A DNA stretch of 64,000 bases from Podarcis melisellensis (taxonomy: Eukaryota), in NCBI GenBank assembly GCA_964234715.1, contig OZ174284.1. One strand, 5' to 3'. Numbering within the stretch: position 1 is the stretch's first letter; each line of letters starts with the position of its first letter. The notes under the pieces are model-generated. The model saw nothing but the letters and a program-made list of their open reading frames with translations. It searched no databases and had not been told where the DNA came from. The translations under genes and the position numbers were made by a program. Positions 24,501 through 38,046 of this stretch are shown piece by piece.

Positions 24501-24714
24501 CTGGTAAGAAAGAAAAAGTGCCATGGTAAGATATGGTGCTGAAGGAAAGCTATGCATGCCTCTGACTCAAGGATAGTCATTCTGCATAAAGTTAATTATA
24601 CAGATCAACTTAAAAGCCACTTCCATTCACATGCAAAACCGTAGTCAGTTGAAATATGCCACAATACATACTTGTTCTAAATTCTGATGGGAGGCTTGAA
24701 AGAGATTTACTCAC

Positions 24715-24884
24715 CGCCAGGAAGCCCAGCTTGCCACCACAGCGGGTCTTCAAGCCAACTGCAGCAGTCAGGTGAATTTCTGCCAGTGTGCTTGGTGAAA
24801 TCTTCTCTTCTGCACATTCAGCCAGATTCACAGCACACAGAGCCATGTGCAATCCTGAGTAGGCAGAGCTGGAAGGTAGCTTGC
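24715..24884 (-). CDS. SREBF2: SREBF2 exon 11
   Basis: (G)KLPSSSAYSGLHMALCAVNLAECAEEK...GGKLGFLA; 170 nt. Confidence 0.96.
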
Positions 24885-25686
24885 CTGAATCAGAAACCAG
24901 AGGACAAAGTGTCATCTCCTTTAAAATAATTTACAGAGGGGCAGCCAAGATAGACTCTTGCACCAAAGACAGTCATGCAGAAGCTCAAATACGGCTGTAT
25001 GAAGGGGTATTTCCTTGGAATATTTTCTTCCTGAATCTTCTAGAATACAGCATCACTGGACAAATTAATTATGTCACAAGATTTTGTGGGCTGCAGTCTA
25101 CTTCACCAGATGCATCGAGTACTATCCTGAGTTGAAGGTACATATATACATCACTTTTTTAAACTCATGCCATGTGAGACTTTTCCTGTACATTTCCTCA
25201 CATGGTTTGATCTGGGAAAGCCCTTTGAGCTACTGAGATTCTGTTACATTCAAACCTTAAAACGCAGTAATGTCCTGCCTTGCAAAGCCTTGGTTTATAT
25301 CTATCTACAATCTTATCTTTATAAGATTGTAGATAGATATAAACCAAGGCTTTATAAGATTGTAACTTTGGGAATCAACCAAACAAATCTCAAGCTATGT
25401 ATATCACGCTCTTTCATACAGGCCAAATAGAAGACCATCCTTCATTTCACTACCTGAATCATCTCAGCTGGTTATACTATTGATTTTCAGGTAAGAATAA
25501 ATCTAACAAGAGACACACCCCAAAGAAGAGTACGGCACTACTTGTATCATCAAGCTAGAATGAAGCACTCTCTGCAGACTTAGGTTTTTTAAATGTTCTA
25601 TTGAACACAGACAAAGTACATAGATAAGTCTAGGTCATCACACTAGACACTCACAGAAGCGGCCACCTTCTCCCTTTTCCACTTAC

Positions 25687-25960
25687 CTGTGATATGGAGC
25701 TGATGGAGCTTATGATAGGCTAGAGCTGCATCACGCGCACTAGTTTTGGCTTCATCCTCAAAACCTGCAGGGGCTTCTGTTGCTCGTCTCTGCCGAGATG
25801 TCCTCTTTAGCAACCAACGCACCAACCCCAACTTTTGGAGACTGTAGCGGATAACGTTCCAGGACAGGCCGCAGGCCAAGTCTAAACGAGAGGCAGGCAG
25901 TGCTCGGCCCAGGGCAGACAGACAAGTCTGTAAGTTTGATGCAGCAGCAGTAAAATCTTC
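25687..25960 (-). CDS. SREBF2: SREBF2 exon 10
   Basis: EDFTAAASNLQTCLSALGRALPASRLDLACGLSWNVIRYSLQK...AALAYHKLHQLHIT; 274 nt. Confidence 0.96.
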
Positions 25961-26727
25961 CTGCAGGCACAGAACAAAAACAGAAAAGCTGAAGGTGCAG
26001 CAAAGACGTGTGAGAGTCCAGTGACTTCAGAGACTCTCAGAGATGGCATGTGGAAACTTGCACAATCAAGCATAATCACCTTTAGCCTAGCCTTGAAAGA
26101 TGCAGCATCTTTGACCCTAAGGCTGCATTTTTGGTCTCTTCTATTTATCTCCGCTTAAATCTATTTCTACATTTATTTATGTAATACTGCTTGATGAGAA
26201 AATCTCTAAGCGGTTTACAAAAAAGCAGTTTTACCAACCAACAGTAGCTTTCAAACTGCCTTTGTTCTCTATCTTATTCAAATATGCTAACAGTATATAA
26301 AGAAAGATTGAAATAATAACTGATGTTCTGAAATACTTTTATTGGAGATATTACTGTAAAGCTTCAGGCATATTAAGCAAATCTGTGACAATCTGGCCAC
26401 TTTTACAATTAGATTCAGTTGCAAAATTCAAATTTACCCCAGGCCCATGGCAAAAACAAAGATTGCTTTACACAGCTAAAGCTGAGGGTGGCAATTCAAA
26501 AATATTTTATTGGGGCTTTCTGAAAGGAGAAAAGTGGAGAACTAAATTGCTCCAGAGTCCTTTACCATACAAGTGTTTCAGAAGTAGGACAAATGCTTGC
26601 AACCCAAGTGCACAAGCCTCTCTGGAGAGTTGATCTGCACTTTGAGGTGCTGCCTGTTCAGTACTGCTCCAGAAGACAAACTGGGAAAGAAACAAAATTT
26701 GTTTTCTGAAGCAGGAACTTGACCTAC

Positions 26728-26909
26728 CTTAGCTAAATCCAGGTCTGCTTGTTTCCGATGCCGCCAGAAAGTAACCGATGACCGAGAGTGCAGTCGAGTC
26801 ACTGGCTCTCCATGTACTAGGAGTTTGATGAACACACTCAGGACAATAACACCGTTCACAAGCCACAGGATCAGAGTGGGCATCATCCAGCCAAACCAGC
26901 CACCAGAGC
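26728..26909 (-). CDS. SREBF2: SREBF2 exon 9 (TM2)
   Basis: (G)SGGWFGWMMPTLILWLVNGVIVLSVFIKLLVHGEPV...FWRHRKQADLDLAK; 182 nt. Confidence 0.97.
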
Positions 26910-27765
26910 CTACAGGGAAAGATGCCAGAAGAGATATGAAGGGGGGCCAGAGGGGAGATGGATGAGGTAACATCTTAAAATAACAAGACTGGGATGAATT
27001 TTAATTATGTAAAAAAGCTGTGCACATAAGGAGGTGGGGGCTCAGGCGATTTGGCTCTGAGCCCCAAATAAACTGCACTGCTAAAGTTGGGATTACAGAT
27101 TTGTGTGTGTGTTACATATATATAATATGTTCAAAAAATGCAACACAATCTGTATTGGCTCTACAAATGCTGAATTTTACTCAAATAGATAAAAATTATT
27201 TCACAGTGTAACTAGACTATGTGATTCTTGTAAGAATCCCATTTAATAACTCCCATGTCCTGCAGAAGTGCTATGAGGATGGGGTTTTAAAATGACCTAG
27301 TAAAACTCAGAACAGATGAAGGCTGCAACCCTATACAAGTTTTCTTAGGAGTGAGTTTCCCTGAACACAATGCAGCTTACTCCCCAGTAAACATGCAAAG
27401 GAGTGCCCTGCACAATTCTTTAGAGAATATCCTAACAAGGGTCAAATCATTACTTTAATATACAGTGCAGGGGTTTCTCAGTATCCAACCAATGGAGTGG
27501 CCAGTGTTGATATATGAATGAATGAATGGTGTAAATGTTTTGATGTAAGCAACCTCGAGTATGGTTTAACTATGGAAAGGGGGCATACAAATAAATAACA
27601 TCCTTTAATTAAAAGAAATATTAAAGCAAATAAATAGCACCCCTTTTCCCCAGTGTCACTACTACTGTCTGTGTTCAGCTACTGTATATGTGATCCTTAA
27701 AGAACTCCAAACACCAAACAAGCAGCATGGAGAAGTATACTGAAAGACTGGATTTCTGACAGTAC

Positions 27766-27958
27766 CTGAGTTTATTGACAGAATACTCCTCCCTGAGCCA
27801 TGATGTACAGAACCATCAGAGTCAGCTGTCCTTTGGCCCTCTAGGAGGGATGTTAGAGGGTTGAAGGAGAGACAGAGGAACGTAAGAGCACAAAGCAGCA
27901 TCCGTGAGCGGTCAACCATTCCAAGAGCGGCAGCCGGAGAGTCAGGTTCATCTTTAAC
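27766..27958 (-). CDS. SREBF2: SREBF2 exon 8 (TM1, S2P and S1P sites)
   Basis: VKDEPDSPAAALGMVDRSRMLLCALTFLCLSFNPLTSLL...GSGRSILSINS; 193 nt. Confidence 0.97.
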
Positions 27959-28554
27959 CTAGACCATAGTGGTAGAGGATGATTTGTTAGAGAGCAAGAG
28001 AACTGTGAAACAGTGAAGATAATTAATTGTTCCCGGCCTACTGAGAATGTACAAGAATTGAGTGATGTTCACAATTTATCACAGCATTTCAAACATGGCT
28101 ATACGAACAATCTCCGCTATCATGCCTCCACGTTTCTGAGTGTGCTGAATCAGAAGGAGAGCTAGTGTTATTGTTGCAGCCAATCAATTTATATCTATAT
28201 ATTGTACACAACATGTCTTCTTCCTATTCTCACTCCTGTTAAGAGGCAAGAGAAGAAGGGGAGACAGCAGAGTTACATCAACCTTTTTATTAAAAGGTCT
28301 GTGAGACGAAATATTGTATTTGGGTACAGGACTTCACACAATGACAGCCTAAACTAGCCAGGGATGATAATGTCATGGAACTGATTAACCTTTGTATTCT
28401 GAGTCACATCTTCCTCTAGAACCATAGTTCATTACAGCCTTTAATGCCAAACACATGATCTCCAGCTCAACCAGCACACATCACCCATGTCTACAAGTAG
28501 CATGCAACCCTTATGCACGCTTCCCTCTGTAGAATGTTTTAGGATGTTGACTAC

Positions 28555-28736
28555 CTTCGCATCATCCAGCAGTGGGCTTCCTGGTTCCGAATCAATAGAA
28601 TAAGGGGAAAAGCCTGCTTGTGACCCTGTGTCAGAGGCTGGAGGAGACATCAACAGAGCATTTTGGTTGAAGTCATCCATCTTCAGATCTACATCATTGT
28701 CCACCAAACTGCTTAGGTCAAACCCCTTCAACAGCT
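28555..28736 (-). CDS. SREBF2: SREBF2 exon 7
   Basis: (K)LLKGFDLSSLVDNDVDLK...LMSPPASDTGSQAGFSPYSIDSEPGSPLLDDAK; 182 nt. Confidence 0.97.
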
Positions 28737-28920
28737 CTGAAAAGACCAGAGATTGCAAAGATTAACTACACACATTCACAATTCAGTTTTCTTTCCCCTT
28801 CATGCTTTCCCTTGCTTCCCTTGCTTAACCTGCCCACACAAAACTGGGCAGCCAATAATATATGTCATCAAACAGTGAAGTAGGAGGTCAAAGGCACTTA
28901 AAGAGCCACCCAACACTTAC

Positions 28921-29035
28921 TGTTTTTCTGATTAGCAAGCTTCAGGACCATGTTCTCTTGACGCAGCTTATGGTTAACCTGCTGTAGGTACTTAATGTAG
29001 TCAATGGCCTTTCTCAGTACCCCTGACTTGTGCAT
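28921..29035 (-). CDS. SREBF2: SREBF2 exon 6 (helix 2 and leucine zipper)
   Basis: MHKSGVLRKAIDYIKYLQQVNHKLRQENMVLKLANQKN; 115 nt; GTAAGT donor. Confidence 0.97.
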
Positions 29036-29467
29036 CTGCAAATAATATGCATACATTAAAGAGAATGAACAATCATTTTTAGCAATAATGCCACCAAATC
29101 CTCTTTCAGCACAAGCTTCTACACTAAAGCTGCAATGATTTTCCCAATCACAGGGAAGAATATGAAATGGATTCAAATCAAATACATTTAGCATCTATCA
29201 TGGGAGACCAAAACTCCATATTGACTGAGCAAAGATTGATAATCTCAGTAAGAAGCAGATAATCTAGGTGTATTAATACCACAAAATATCTTTTTATCTC
29301 TTTTATTTATGTCTCGCCATGTTTAGTGCACATATAATTATGTATTTTTCTAACTTTCAAATAAAGAAAATAAAAAAGGAGCAGAGAATTATGACTTGCA
29401 AGCATATTGTCAACTGGGTTTGAAATCACAGCAGTCTTTTTGCTTTCAGCCACAAAGCAACTCATAC

Positions 29468-29692
29468 CTTTGCATCTGTTCCCATGACTAGGTCCTTCAA
29501 TTCTATGATCTTATCATTTATAGATGATCGGTACCGCTTCTCAATTATATTATGGGTTGTCCGCCTCTCTCCTTCCTTTGGTGGTTCTGGTTGCTTGGCA
29601 CCACCAGGCACCTGCTTGATGGGCATCTTCTCTTGCCCTCCCATCACCATGGGCATTGTGGTCAAGATGGTACCATTGCCACCAACTAAAGT
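29468..29692 (-). CDS. SREBF2: SREBF2 exon 5 (basic region and helix 1)
   Basis: [22 protein letters not shown]...[34 protein letters not shown]; 225 nt. Confidence 0.96.
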
Positions 29693-30439
29693 CTTTTAAA
29701 AAAAACAGTGACCCAGTTAAAGATTAATTTGTTCGGTGGGTTGGGAGCTGGGGCCTCTGTGTTACGGTGGTTCTGCTCCTACTTGCAGTTGCTACATGAG
29801 ATCAGCTCTGGGGGACTCCTGCTTGGCCCCTTGGCATTTGGTCCATTCTGTCCCTCATGCTGTTCACTATCTATAGGAAGCCCCAGGGAGCTGTCATCCA
29901 GGGATTTGGGACATAGTGCTGTCAGTATGCCAACGAGAGTCAGTTCATACCTCTCCATCCAGCAGAATCAGAAGAGATTGTGCAGATGCTGGATAGATGC
30001 TTGAAGGTACTACAGGTGTTTCCCAAGCCCAGGAAATAGGGAGTCATGTTCTAGATGGGACTGAACTCTCTCGTGAGAGAGCTAAGGGGTTCTCCTCAAT
30101 TTGAAGCTGCCACTAGAGATACAGGTGATCTGAGTGTGCTCTCAGTAGTGAAGGTAGCCTGTGCCCAATTCCAGCCTGTTTTCCAGCAGCAGCCATTACT
30201 GGGCCAGGATAGCCTAAGCTCAAGTATCCATGCTCTAATAACTTCATGACCTGATTACAGTAAAGAACTCCACATGGAGTTACTCTTGAAGAAGCTGCAG
30301 CTGGTGCAGGCTGTAGATGCTCACTTGTTAAATGATCCCTTCTGCCTGCCCCACTTAACAGATTCAAAAAACACTATACTGGCTGGCAAGAGGGAGAAGG
30401 TGCATGTTTGGGAAGGGAAGGCAAGATGCCCTACAGTAC

Positions 30440-30577
30440 CTGCAAGGCTGTTGTCTGAATAGGCGTGGTCAGTGCTGTGAGGGCTGGATTCTGAACAGTC
30501 ATAACAGGGCTGCCATCAGCTTTCAATGTTGTTAAGACAAGAGAATCAGTCTTGATTATCTGTGGCTGGACAAGGAC
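30440..30577 (-). CDS. SREBF2: SREBF2 exon 4
   Basis: VLVQPQIIKTDSLVLTTLKADGSPVMTVQNPALTALTTPIQTTALQ; CAG|GTACTG; 138 nt. Confidence 0.93.
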
Positions 30578-31381
30578 CTAGAAGGAGAAGAGGCAGTTAA
30601 AAGGTTTAGCACAACAACACAAAGCTCAATACTGCAAGCACTGCAGAAGCTGGGCAACCTTTTTTATAACAGATTTCTGTGTGACTGCATGGAGTTCCAG
30701 TATGCAAGTTTCAATATATATCTAACAACTACTTCAATGTATGTTCACCCCATGCTCCTTCCTGCAAATGCCAAAGGCCAATAAGAACTTGCCAATGAGC
30801 CAACCTGTTGGGTGTATGGAAGACCCTGAATATAGTAAGAACTGTGCTGTCAGTATGGAGTCTGACTGCCATTGAAGACAATTTGATCCTTCTGTACCAA
30901 AAACAAGTTCTAACCCTTGTAGTTATGAAGGCAGTTCTAAAACGTGTTGTATCCAACTACTAAAAGCTTTCAGCAGTGAAACAAGGAATACTCTATTGTC
31001 TCTGATTATTTTCCTTTCCATTTAACAATACTGCAGCTGGCACGTTACTAAATATTAAACCCCAATATGCTATAGATACAGCTCTACATCTAGTAGTTTG
31101 ATATCCCTCGCCCCACAAAAAACCCTCTCCAAAATCTCTGCTAACCTTCTTCTGTTATTGGACCACTGCTGTCCATTTTTCTATGGCTAAGCTATCCTAC
31201 AATTCAGTCCATCAGTGATCTAAGCCTAAGGAACTTCACTGCTGAGGATAGTCTGGTCTCCAAGCAGTGAAGCCACTTCCTGACTTTGAACAGAAAGGAA
31301 ACCGCCTGCATAAATATACATGCCTCGGAAGTGCAGAAAACTAAACCTTCCCGCATAATATTACAACATAAAACTACTCAC

Positions 31382-31563
31382 TGGAACCTGCTGGACTTGA
31401 GGGGCAGCTACTGCCTGGACTGTGGCCGGGGTCAGTGTCTGGATGGTGCCATTGGCTGTTTGTGTCAAAACCCTCTGAGCTTGCATCGTTTGCACTTGCT
31501 GCTGGATAGTGACTGGTTGAACTTGCGAGGAAGTCACCAGGCTCTGAACCTGGGGTTGCAGCA
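31382..31563 (-). CDS. SREBF2: SREBF2 exon 3
   Basis: (V)LQPQVQSLVTSSQVQPVTIQQQVQT...QVQQVP; cttttag acceptor, GTGAGT donor; 182 nt. Confidence 0.96.
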
Positions 31564-33170
31564 CTAAAAGAAAAACAAGAGCAATCTGAGAAACTGCCTG
31601 AATGAGCTGATGCTGACAGAAGACTACAGCTTTCATTATGATGCTAAGCTGCAATCCATGACCTCTCAGGAATGGTCAGCTATTGGGGGGGGGTTCTCCT
31701 GGTTCCTCTTCCTAGCAGCATTAGACCCAGCATTAGACCCAGCAAAGCAATCTATGAAGAATTTAAAAACCAGCAGCAAATATTGAAGTCAGGAAAACAG
31801 ATAAAGAAAGATTGTCTAGCTCTAGTCACATTTATCTGGACCAGCTCCCTTTAAAAAAAACCCAGAAAAACCAACAATGCTGCCATGAGCAAGTCCACGT
31901 GGCTCAGAGGGGCTTCCCATATTCCTAGCATGTGTTTCCTAGTTGTTGTTTTTTCTAAGGATAGTTTCAGAGAATGTCTCTTGTACAAGCTTTCCCATGT
32001 ATTGATTGGGGAGATCAGACATACCCCTACTCAGAGCACAGGCATTGGCTCAAATAAGGCTGGATGGCACAAGAGTCAGAGCATTTTTGAGGGTGTTGGT
32101 CTTCAAGAAGTTAGTAAAGATGATTCTGTTACAGTGACTAGACAGAAGTCTTACTGAAGTTTTTCTCACTGAAGATTTCTACAGCTGATAGGAGTTTTAA
32201 GTTTTTCTATTCTAGTTTGTGATGTTTTAAACATACAGTATAGACTTAGACCAAGACATGCCCTTCTGTGGCTACTGCTGAGAAAGGGAGAGGAAGGGAG
32301 AGTCAATATTTGCAACTTCCCCTCCCTCCATACCCCTTAGTACAACATCCTCTGCTGTACCAAGGGTCCCCCAACCCTCCAGAGGATATTTCCATGGGAC
32401 ACAAGGGTCTGCAAGGGAAAGGAGGAACTGGCAAAAATTACCACAGAGCATCCCTCAAGCTGAGTTCTACATATGTAAAGTCTGAACCCAACACATCATA
32501 AGAAAGGTTAGAAAACAGTAGATTCTATACAATCAGAAGAAGTGGAAGATTCGGATACTGGAGAGACAGACAAGAATGAGAAACTGTCATGCTCTTACAG
32601 AAGAGTACAGGAACCATTCATAAGCCTTCTTCAGTTGTTATAAATCTAGGAAAGTAAACAGTGGGGACAAGAGCCCTTTTATACTCATGGAGGCCACCCC
32701 TTATTTTAGAACCCTGAAATTTGAGTGGGGCCCTAATGGTGGAGCTAGCCCACTTGCCCCTACTGCCTTCCCCCCTATGTTAGCTTTCTTTATTTCCAAC
32801 ACCTGAGGAGAGTTAAGAGTGATAAAGGTGCATGACGTATTGTGTAACTGTACATTACTTTGCAGTGATACCATTCACAGAGTTCCTTTTGAGTGCTACC
32901 TATGCTTTACTGCACAATATTTAAGGCCACTCCCCAACTCCTGGTCTTGGTCTCCAATGCCCTTCTTCACCCCAAATGCCAAGCTTCTCCAATTTGCCTG
33001 TGAGATCCTAGAAAACGTGCACCTATTTAGAAACATTTCAAACATTAATATGAAATCAGGAATGGTGGCTGTAAATGCTGCTCTGATACCTCTTGCTCTG
33101 CTGGAAGATTAGGGCAAGACATTTAAGACAATGTAGGACTACTTGTTACTACAAAGACTTTGCAAGTTAC

Positions 33171-33560
33171 CTTGAAAACTTGTGGCTGCATTTTGGTATA
33201 TTACAGGCTGCTGAATGAACCGGGTCTGGGGAGCAGAGCTGAAAGCTGGAGTAATCATCACAGTCTGCTGCTGGAGCTGAGGCTGAACCTGGGGACGAGG
33301 CTGAAGAGCAGGTGCCGTCCGCTGTGGAACAGGTGTTGCTGCAGTTGTCTGAGACACCTTCACTTGCACGGTCTGAAGCTGGGGAGAAGCTGCACCAGGA
33401 GAGAAGGTCTGTAGCTGCCCCTGGCTGTAGGGCCTCTGTGACGAGGGATCTGAGGTTCCACCACCATTACATACACTGTTGCTCTGGAAGGAGCCACACA
33501 ACTGTTCAGAAAACAGATCTGGAAATTCTCCAGCTTGGTTGCTGACAAACTTTAGCATCT
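33171..33560 (-). CDS. SREBF2: SREBF2 exon 2
   Basis: tttttatag|AG ATG CTA; (E)MLKFVSNQAGEFPDLFSEQLC...YQNAATSFQ; G|GTAAC; 390 nt. Confidence 0.96.
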
Positions 33561-34338
33561 CTATAAAAAAAGAAATTAAAAGAAAGGAAAACAGTGAAAT
33601 GATATGACGGACCATTGATACCATGGAGACTGATGAAAGGGTCACCATATGTAATCGCAGGAACAAAATATATACTATGCACATTTGTCTGTTTGGGATG
33701 TGAACGAATTCTCTCCTGAATAAATCAGGTCCTTGGCTTGGGGATACTTTTACATCGAGTCTTATAGTCGGGCACCCAAATGATGCCTGTGGCCCAAAGC
33801 ATATTTTGTTAGCTTCGGTTGTCGGCCAACATCAGCTGTTCCTAACCAAATCAAACCTTCCCATAATGCTTTGGTCACATTCCAGTTATTACTGCAATGA
33901 GCTATATGTTTGGCTGTATTTTACAATTGCTTGCAAACTTCAATGGGCTCAAAACATGGCTGTCTGGTTGTTAACCTGGCCTTGAAAATTTGATCATATT
34001 CAATCCAGTGCTTAAAAGCAGATGCCAAAGCTACAAGTGACATCAGCAGAAGTGGCCAGATAAGGATACCCTACCCCTGCATGAGACTGCTAAAAAACCA
34101 ATTTCCTCCAAGATAGCCCAGAGATTTAGAAGCAGAGTAACAGCTGGAACATCTAAAAGCAAAACCTTAGGACATCTTTGCTCTTCCATTGTAACTCTTT
34201 GTATTTTAAATATATAGCTTTAAGCTTTAGTTAGCAGGCAGAGCATAAATATGCCAAATAACCAAGACCTCCACCAGCTACCATTCAAACACAATGCAAA
34301 GTGCTTATTTTAAACTTTATAGCCTCAAGCAGTCTTGA

Positions 34339-35353
34339 GGTTCCTCTTCATCCTGGTTCCTCTTCATCCTGGAGAAGAGTGACTAGTGGGGTGCCACAGG
34401 GTTCTGTCTTGGGCCCGGTCTTATTCAACATCTTTATCAACAACTTGGATGATGGACTCAAGGGCATCCTGATCAAATTTGCAGATGACACCAAACTGGG
34501 AGGGGTGGCTAACACCCCAGAGGACAGGATCACACTTCAAAATGACCTTGACAGATTAGAGAACTGGGCAAAAACAAACAAGATGAATTTTAACAGGGAG
34601 AAATGTAAAGTATTGCACTTGGGCAAAAAAAATGAGAGGCACAAATACAAGATGGGTGACACCTGGCTTGAGAGCAGTACATGTGAAAAGGATCTAGGAG
34701 TCTTGGTTGACCACAAACTTGACATGAGCCAACAGTGTGAAGCAGCAGCTAAAAAAGCCAATGCAATTCTGGGCTGCATCAATAGGAGTATAGCATCTAG
34801 TTCAAGGGAAGTAATAGTGCCACTGTATTCTGCTCTGGTCAGACCTCACCTGGAGTACTGTGTCCAGTTCTGGGCACCACAGTTCAAGAAGGACACTGAC
34901 AAACTGGAACGTGTCCAGAGGAGGGCAACCAAAATGGTCAAAGGCCTGGAAACGATGCCTTATGAGGAATGGCTAAGGGAGCTGGCCATGTTTAGCCTGG
35001 AGAAGAGGAGGTTAAGGGGTGATATGATAGCCATGTTCAAATATATAAAAGGATGTCACATAGAGGAGGGAGAAAGGTTGTTTTCTGCTGCTCCAGAGAA
35101 GCGGACATGGAGCAATGGATCCAAACTACAAGAAAGAAGATTCCACCTAAACATTAGGAAGAACTTCCAGACAGTAAGAGCTGTTCAACAGTGGAATTTG
35201 CTGCCAAGGAGTGTGGTGGAGTCTCCTTCTTTGGAGGTCTTTAAGCAGAGGCTTGACAACCATATGTCAGGAGTGCTCTGATGGTGTTTCCTGCTTGGCA
35301 GGGGGTTGGACTCGATGGCCCTTGTGGTCTCTTCCAACTCTATGATTCTATGA
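34339..35353 (+). mobile_element. 5'-truncated CR1 LINE (RT C-terminal half and 3' tail), young
   Basis: Open frame [19 protein letters not shown]...[10 protein letters not shown]...[13 protein letters not shown] to the stop at 35281. Ends in the CR1 tail ttccaactctatgattctatga. Lies antisense in SREBF2 intron 1. Confidence 0.95.
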
Positions 35354-35379
35354 GGTCACAGTACTTGAAGCTCCTATAA

Positions 35380-35616
35380 CATGGATAGGCAAACTAAGGC
35401 CCGAGGGCTGGATCCGGCCCAAATGCCTTCTATATCTGGCCTGCGGATGGTCTGGGAATCAGCGTTTTTTTACATGAGTAAAATGTGTCCTTTTATTTAA
35501 AATGCATCTCTGGATTATTTGTGGGGCATAGGAATTCGTTCTTTTTTTTGTCCAGCCCCCACAAGGTCTGAGGGACAGTGGACCGGCCCCCTGCTGAAAA
35601 AGTTTGCTGGCCCCTG
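35380..35616. mobile_element. hAT-type non-autonomous element
   Basis: Imperfect TIR CATGGATAGGCAAACT / AGTTTGCTGGCCCCTG; 8-bp TSD tcctataa / tcctatat. Confidence 0.75.
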
Positions 35617-37294
35617 TCCTATATGAACAGAGGCCCCACTTCAGGATTCCCCCTAAATAAGTGACATGGCTGGTTACTTGAAACAGAGCCTTGTCTACTG
35701 TGACATACCCATACTTTGAAACTCTTCAATCACTCCAACCTACATTTACCACGTGGTTTTTACATTTACATTTTTGCCTTTTGCTTTCAGTCAAGCATTT
35801 GCCACCAAGTGATTAAGATTTGAAATATATTGGGTTGTGTTCAGCTACGTTTTACTCAGAGTCGACCCACTTAAACTAATGGACTGAACTCAGCCATTGA
35901 TGCTAATTTCCATGAGTCCTGTGTAAGTACTGTATGCAACCCATAATGTTATTTGTTCTTGATGCCTGGGTGCTATTTCTCGTTTTTGCTGCTATTTGAA
36001 TTCTTCAGTTGTTTGCATTCTATGTGTGCTGCTTTTATAACATTGTTTGTTTTGTTATCTTGTATGCTGCCTTGAGAACCTGACAGGGTCAATAAATATA
36101 AATATTTTAAAGACAAATATTTGGTCAACATGCCAGAGCCCATATAACAGTGGTATTTTAGCCTCAATAAAGCATAAGCCAGAGATATATTAAGTAATGC
36201 TCTTACGCATATGTATGTGGAAATAAGCCTCACGGAACTAAGGACTAAACTACATGCTCCACAGGACATCAGTATTTTCTTTTTTAATGAAATGCAGTCA
36301 TGACGGGGGGAGCACTGCTACAATTTGATCACAGCAGTTGAACCCTTTCCCCCTTCCACCCCACCTTCTGCTATAAAACACACACACACACACACACCTG
36401 GTATCATTTGCTTCACGGTGGGAAGAAAAATGTGGTTAACTGTATTCTTTTCCTTCAATGGGCAGAACGGTAGCCTGCAGGGCGGGGCGGGGGGGAGGTG
36501 TTTACTGGGACAACAGCACTAGGGGTGGGCTCAATATCTGCTCTCCCCAGGAGGGCTGATCAACTGAGATTTCAAGACAAAATAAGAATGTTGGACAACC
36601 CTGTGTAGCACGTGTAACAGAAGGGGAAAGCTAGGAGAGGGCTGTTTATGCCCTTCCTTGTGCAACTGCTGCACAACAGCCTTGTAAGGTAAGCCAGTTG
36701 CATCTTAACTATCCAGTAATCACTGCTGCCACCACTCCTTCTTGTCACAGCCCCCAGATGGGACAGAATTCTGGGGTGCTCAAGAAAATATCTAGGATTC
36801 TAAGACAAGGTGTCCTGTGCCTCCCAGCAATATCTCTTCTGGACAATGGGACTAGTATCAGTATCAAACTGCTTCTCCCAGCCTTAGATTTGGCATAGGC
36901 TGCTCTTTTCCCCATGAAACCAACTCTTTCACCCTAGCAGCATATGAACTACAGCCAGGCAAGTTTACCCGAACCTGAAGATTGGCAAATACACACTTCA
37001 GACCCCAACAGCCAAATTAGATTTTAATTACGAGTAGAAAGGAGAGAACTTACTTACAAACCAACATAGCATAGGTGGTTAGTTGCAGCATTTTCTGATG
37101 GTGAATGATGGACCCGAAGGGAAGGGACAAAGGAACAATTTCCCCAGACCCTTTTACGGGGTTTTTCCCACCCATGTGTGTCTGAATGACAGTTGGCTCT
37201 TTTCAAAGAATGTCACTTTTGACAGATAACTAGTGTGGCACTTGGATACAGTTGGAGAGATACAGACACCCACTGGGGCAGGCAAAGATGGTTA

Positions 37295-37554
37295 CAGTGG
37301 TACCTCTGGATGCGAACGGGATCCGTTCCGAAGCCCCGTTCGCATCCTGAGTAGAACGTAACACGCGACTGTGTGCCTGCACGTGCGTGGGTTGCGTTTC
37401 GCTGCTTCTGCTCATGCACGTGATGTCATTTTGAGCGTCTGCACATGCGCGAGCGGCGAAACCTGGAAGTAACACGTTCTGTTACTTCCGGGTCGCCGTG
37501 CAGCATAACCTGAAAACGCTCAACCAGAAGCATATTTAACCCGAGGTATGACTA
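37295..37554. mobile_element. Tc1/Mariner-type MITE, related family
   Basis: TA|CAGTGGTACCTC...CGAGGTATGACTA|TA with a different, CpG-rich interior. Confidence 0.75.
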
Positions 37555-38046
37555 TATTGCTTGGAGGAAATGGCCACTGGGATTGCTCACTCTTAGTGCC
37601 AAACAGAAGCATTCCTAGGCTTCTGGATTCGGAACTGGGTTAGAGTATGTGCTTGCCTTGCTCAGGCTTAATGGATGATAGGATAACAATGTTTTTCTGC
37701 ACGGCATGCAGTTTGATCCTGAACAACAGCACCAAGTAAACAAGCACAGGATCAGGCTGCAAAGGTTCCACAGGAGGAGTTTGCTTCAGCGTCTCCTTGC
37801 ATCACTATCATTTATAACCAGTTCTACCATTCATATCAGCAATGTGGACTAGCTAAATAAATTAGCTAAGGAAACAAAAATCAGCAATCTGGATAGAAAC
37901 TCTGTAAGCACGTTCGGTTAGCAGCTGCAAAGTTGTGGCATTAAAACATTAAGAATGGAAGCAGTAATAAAGCTGCAACTTTGCCAACGGCTACATGTAC
38001 TTACTAGCATTTCCTCCTACAGATTTAACAAGTGCCCAGAACATGT

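Noticed and set aside
34301-35281. 326-aa reverse transcriptase ORF as a host gene or novel RT system
   Set aside because: An ordinary 5'-truncated CR1 ORF2 with the CR1 3' tail. It lacks the endonuclease and N-terminal RT motifs and has no ATG start.
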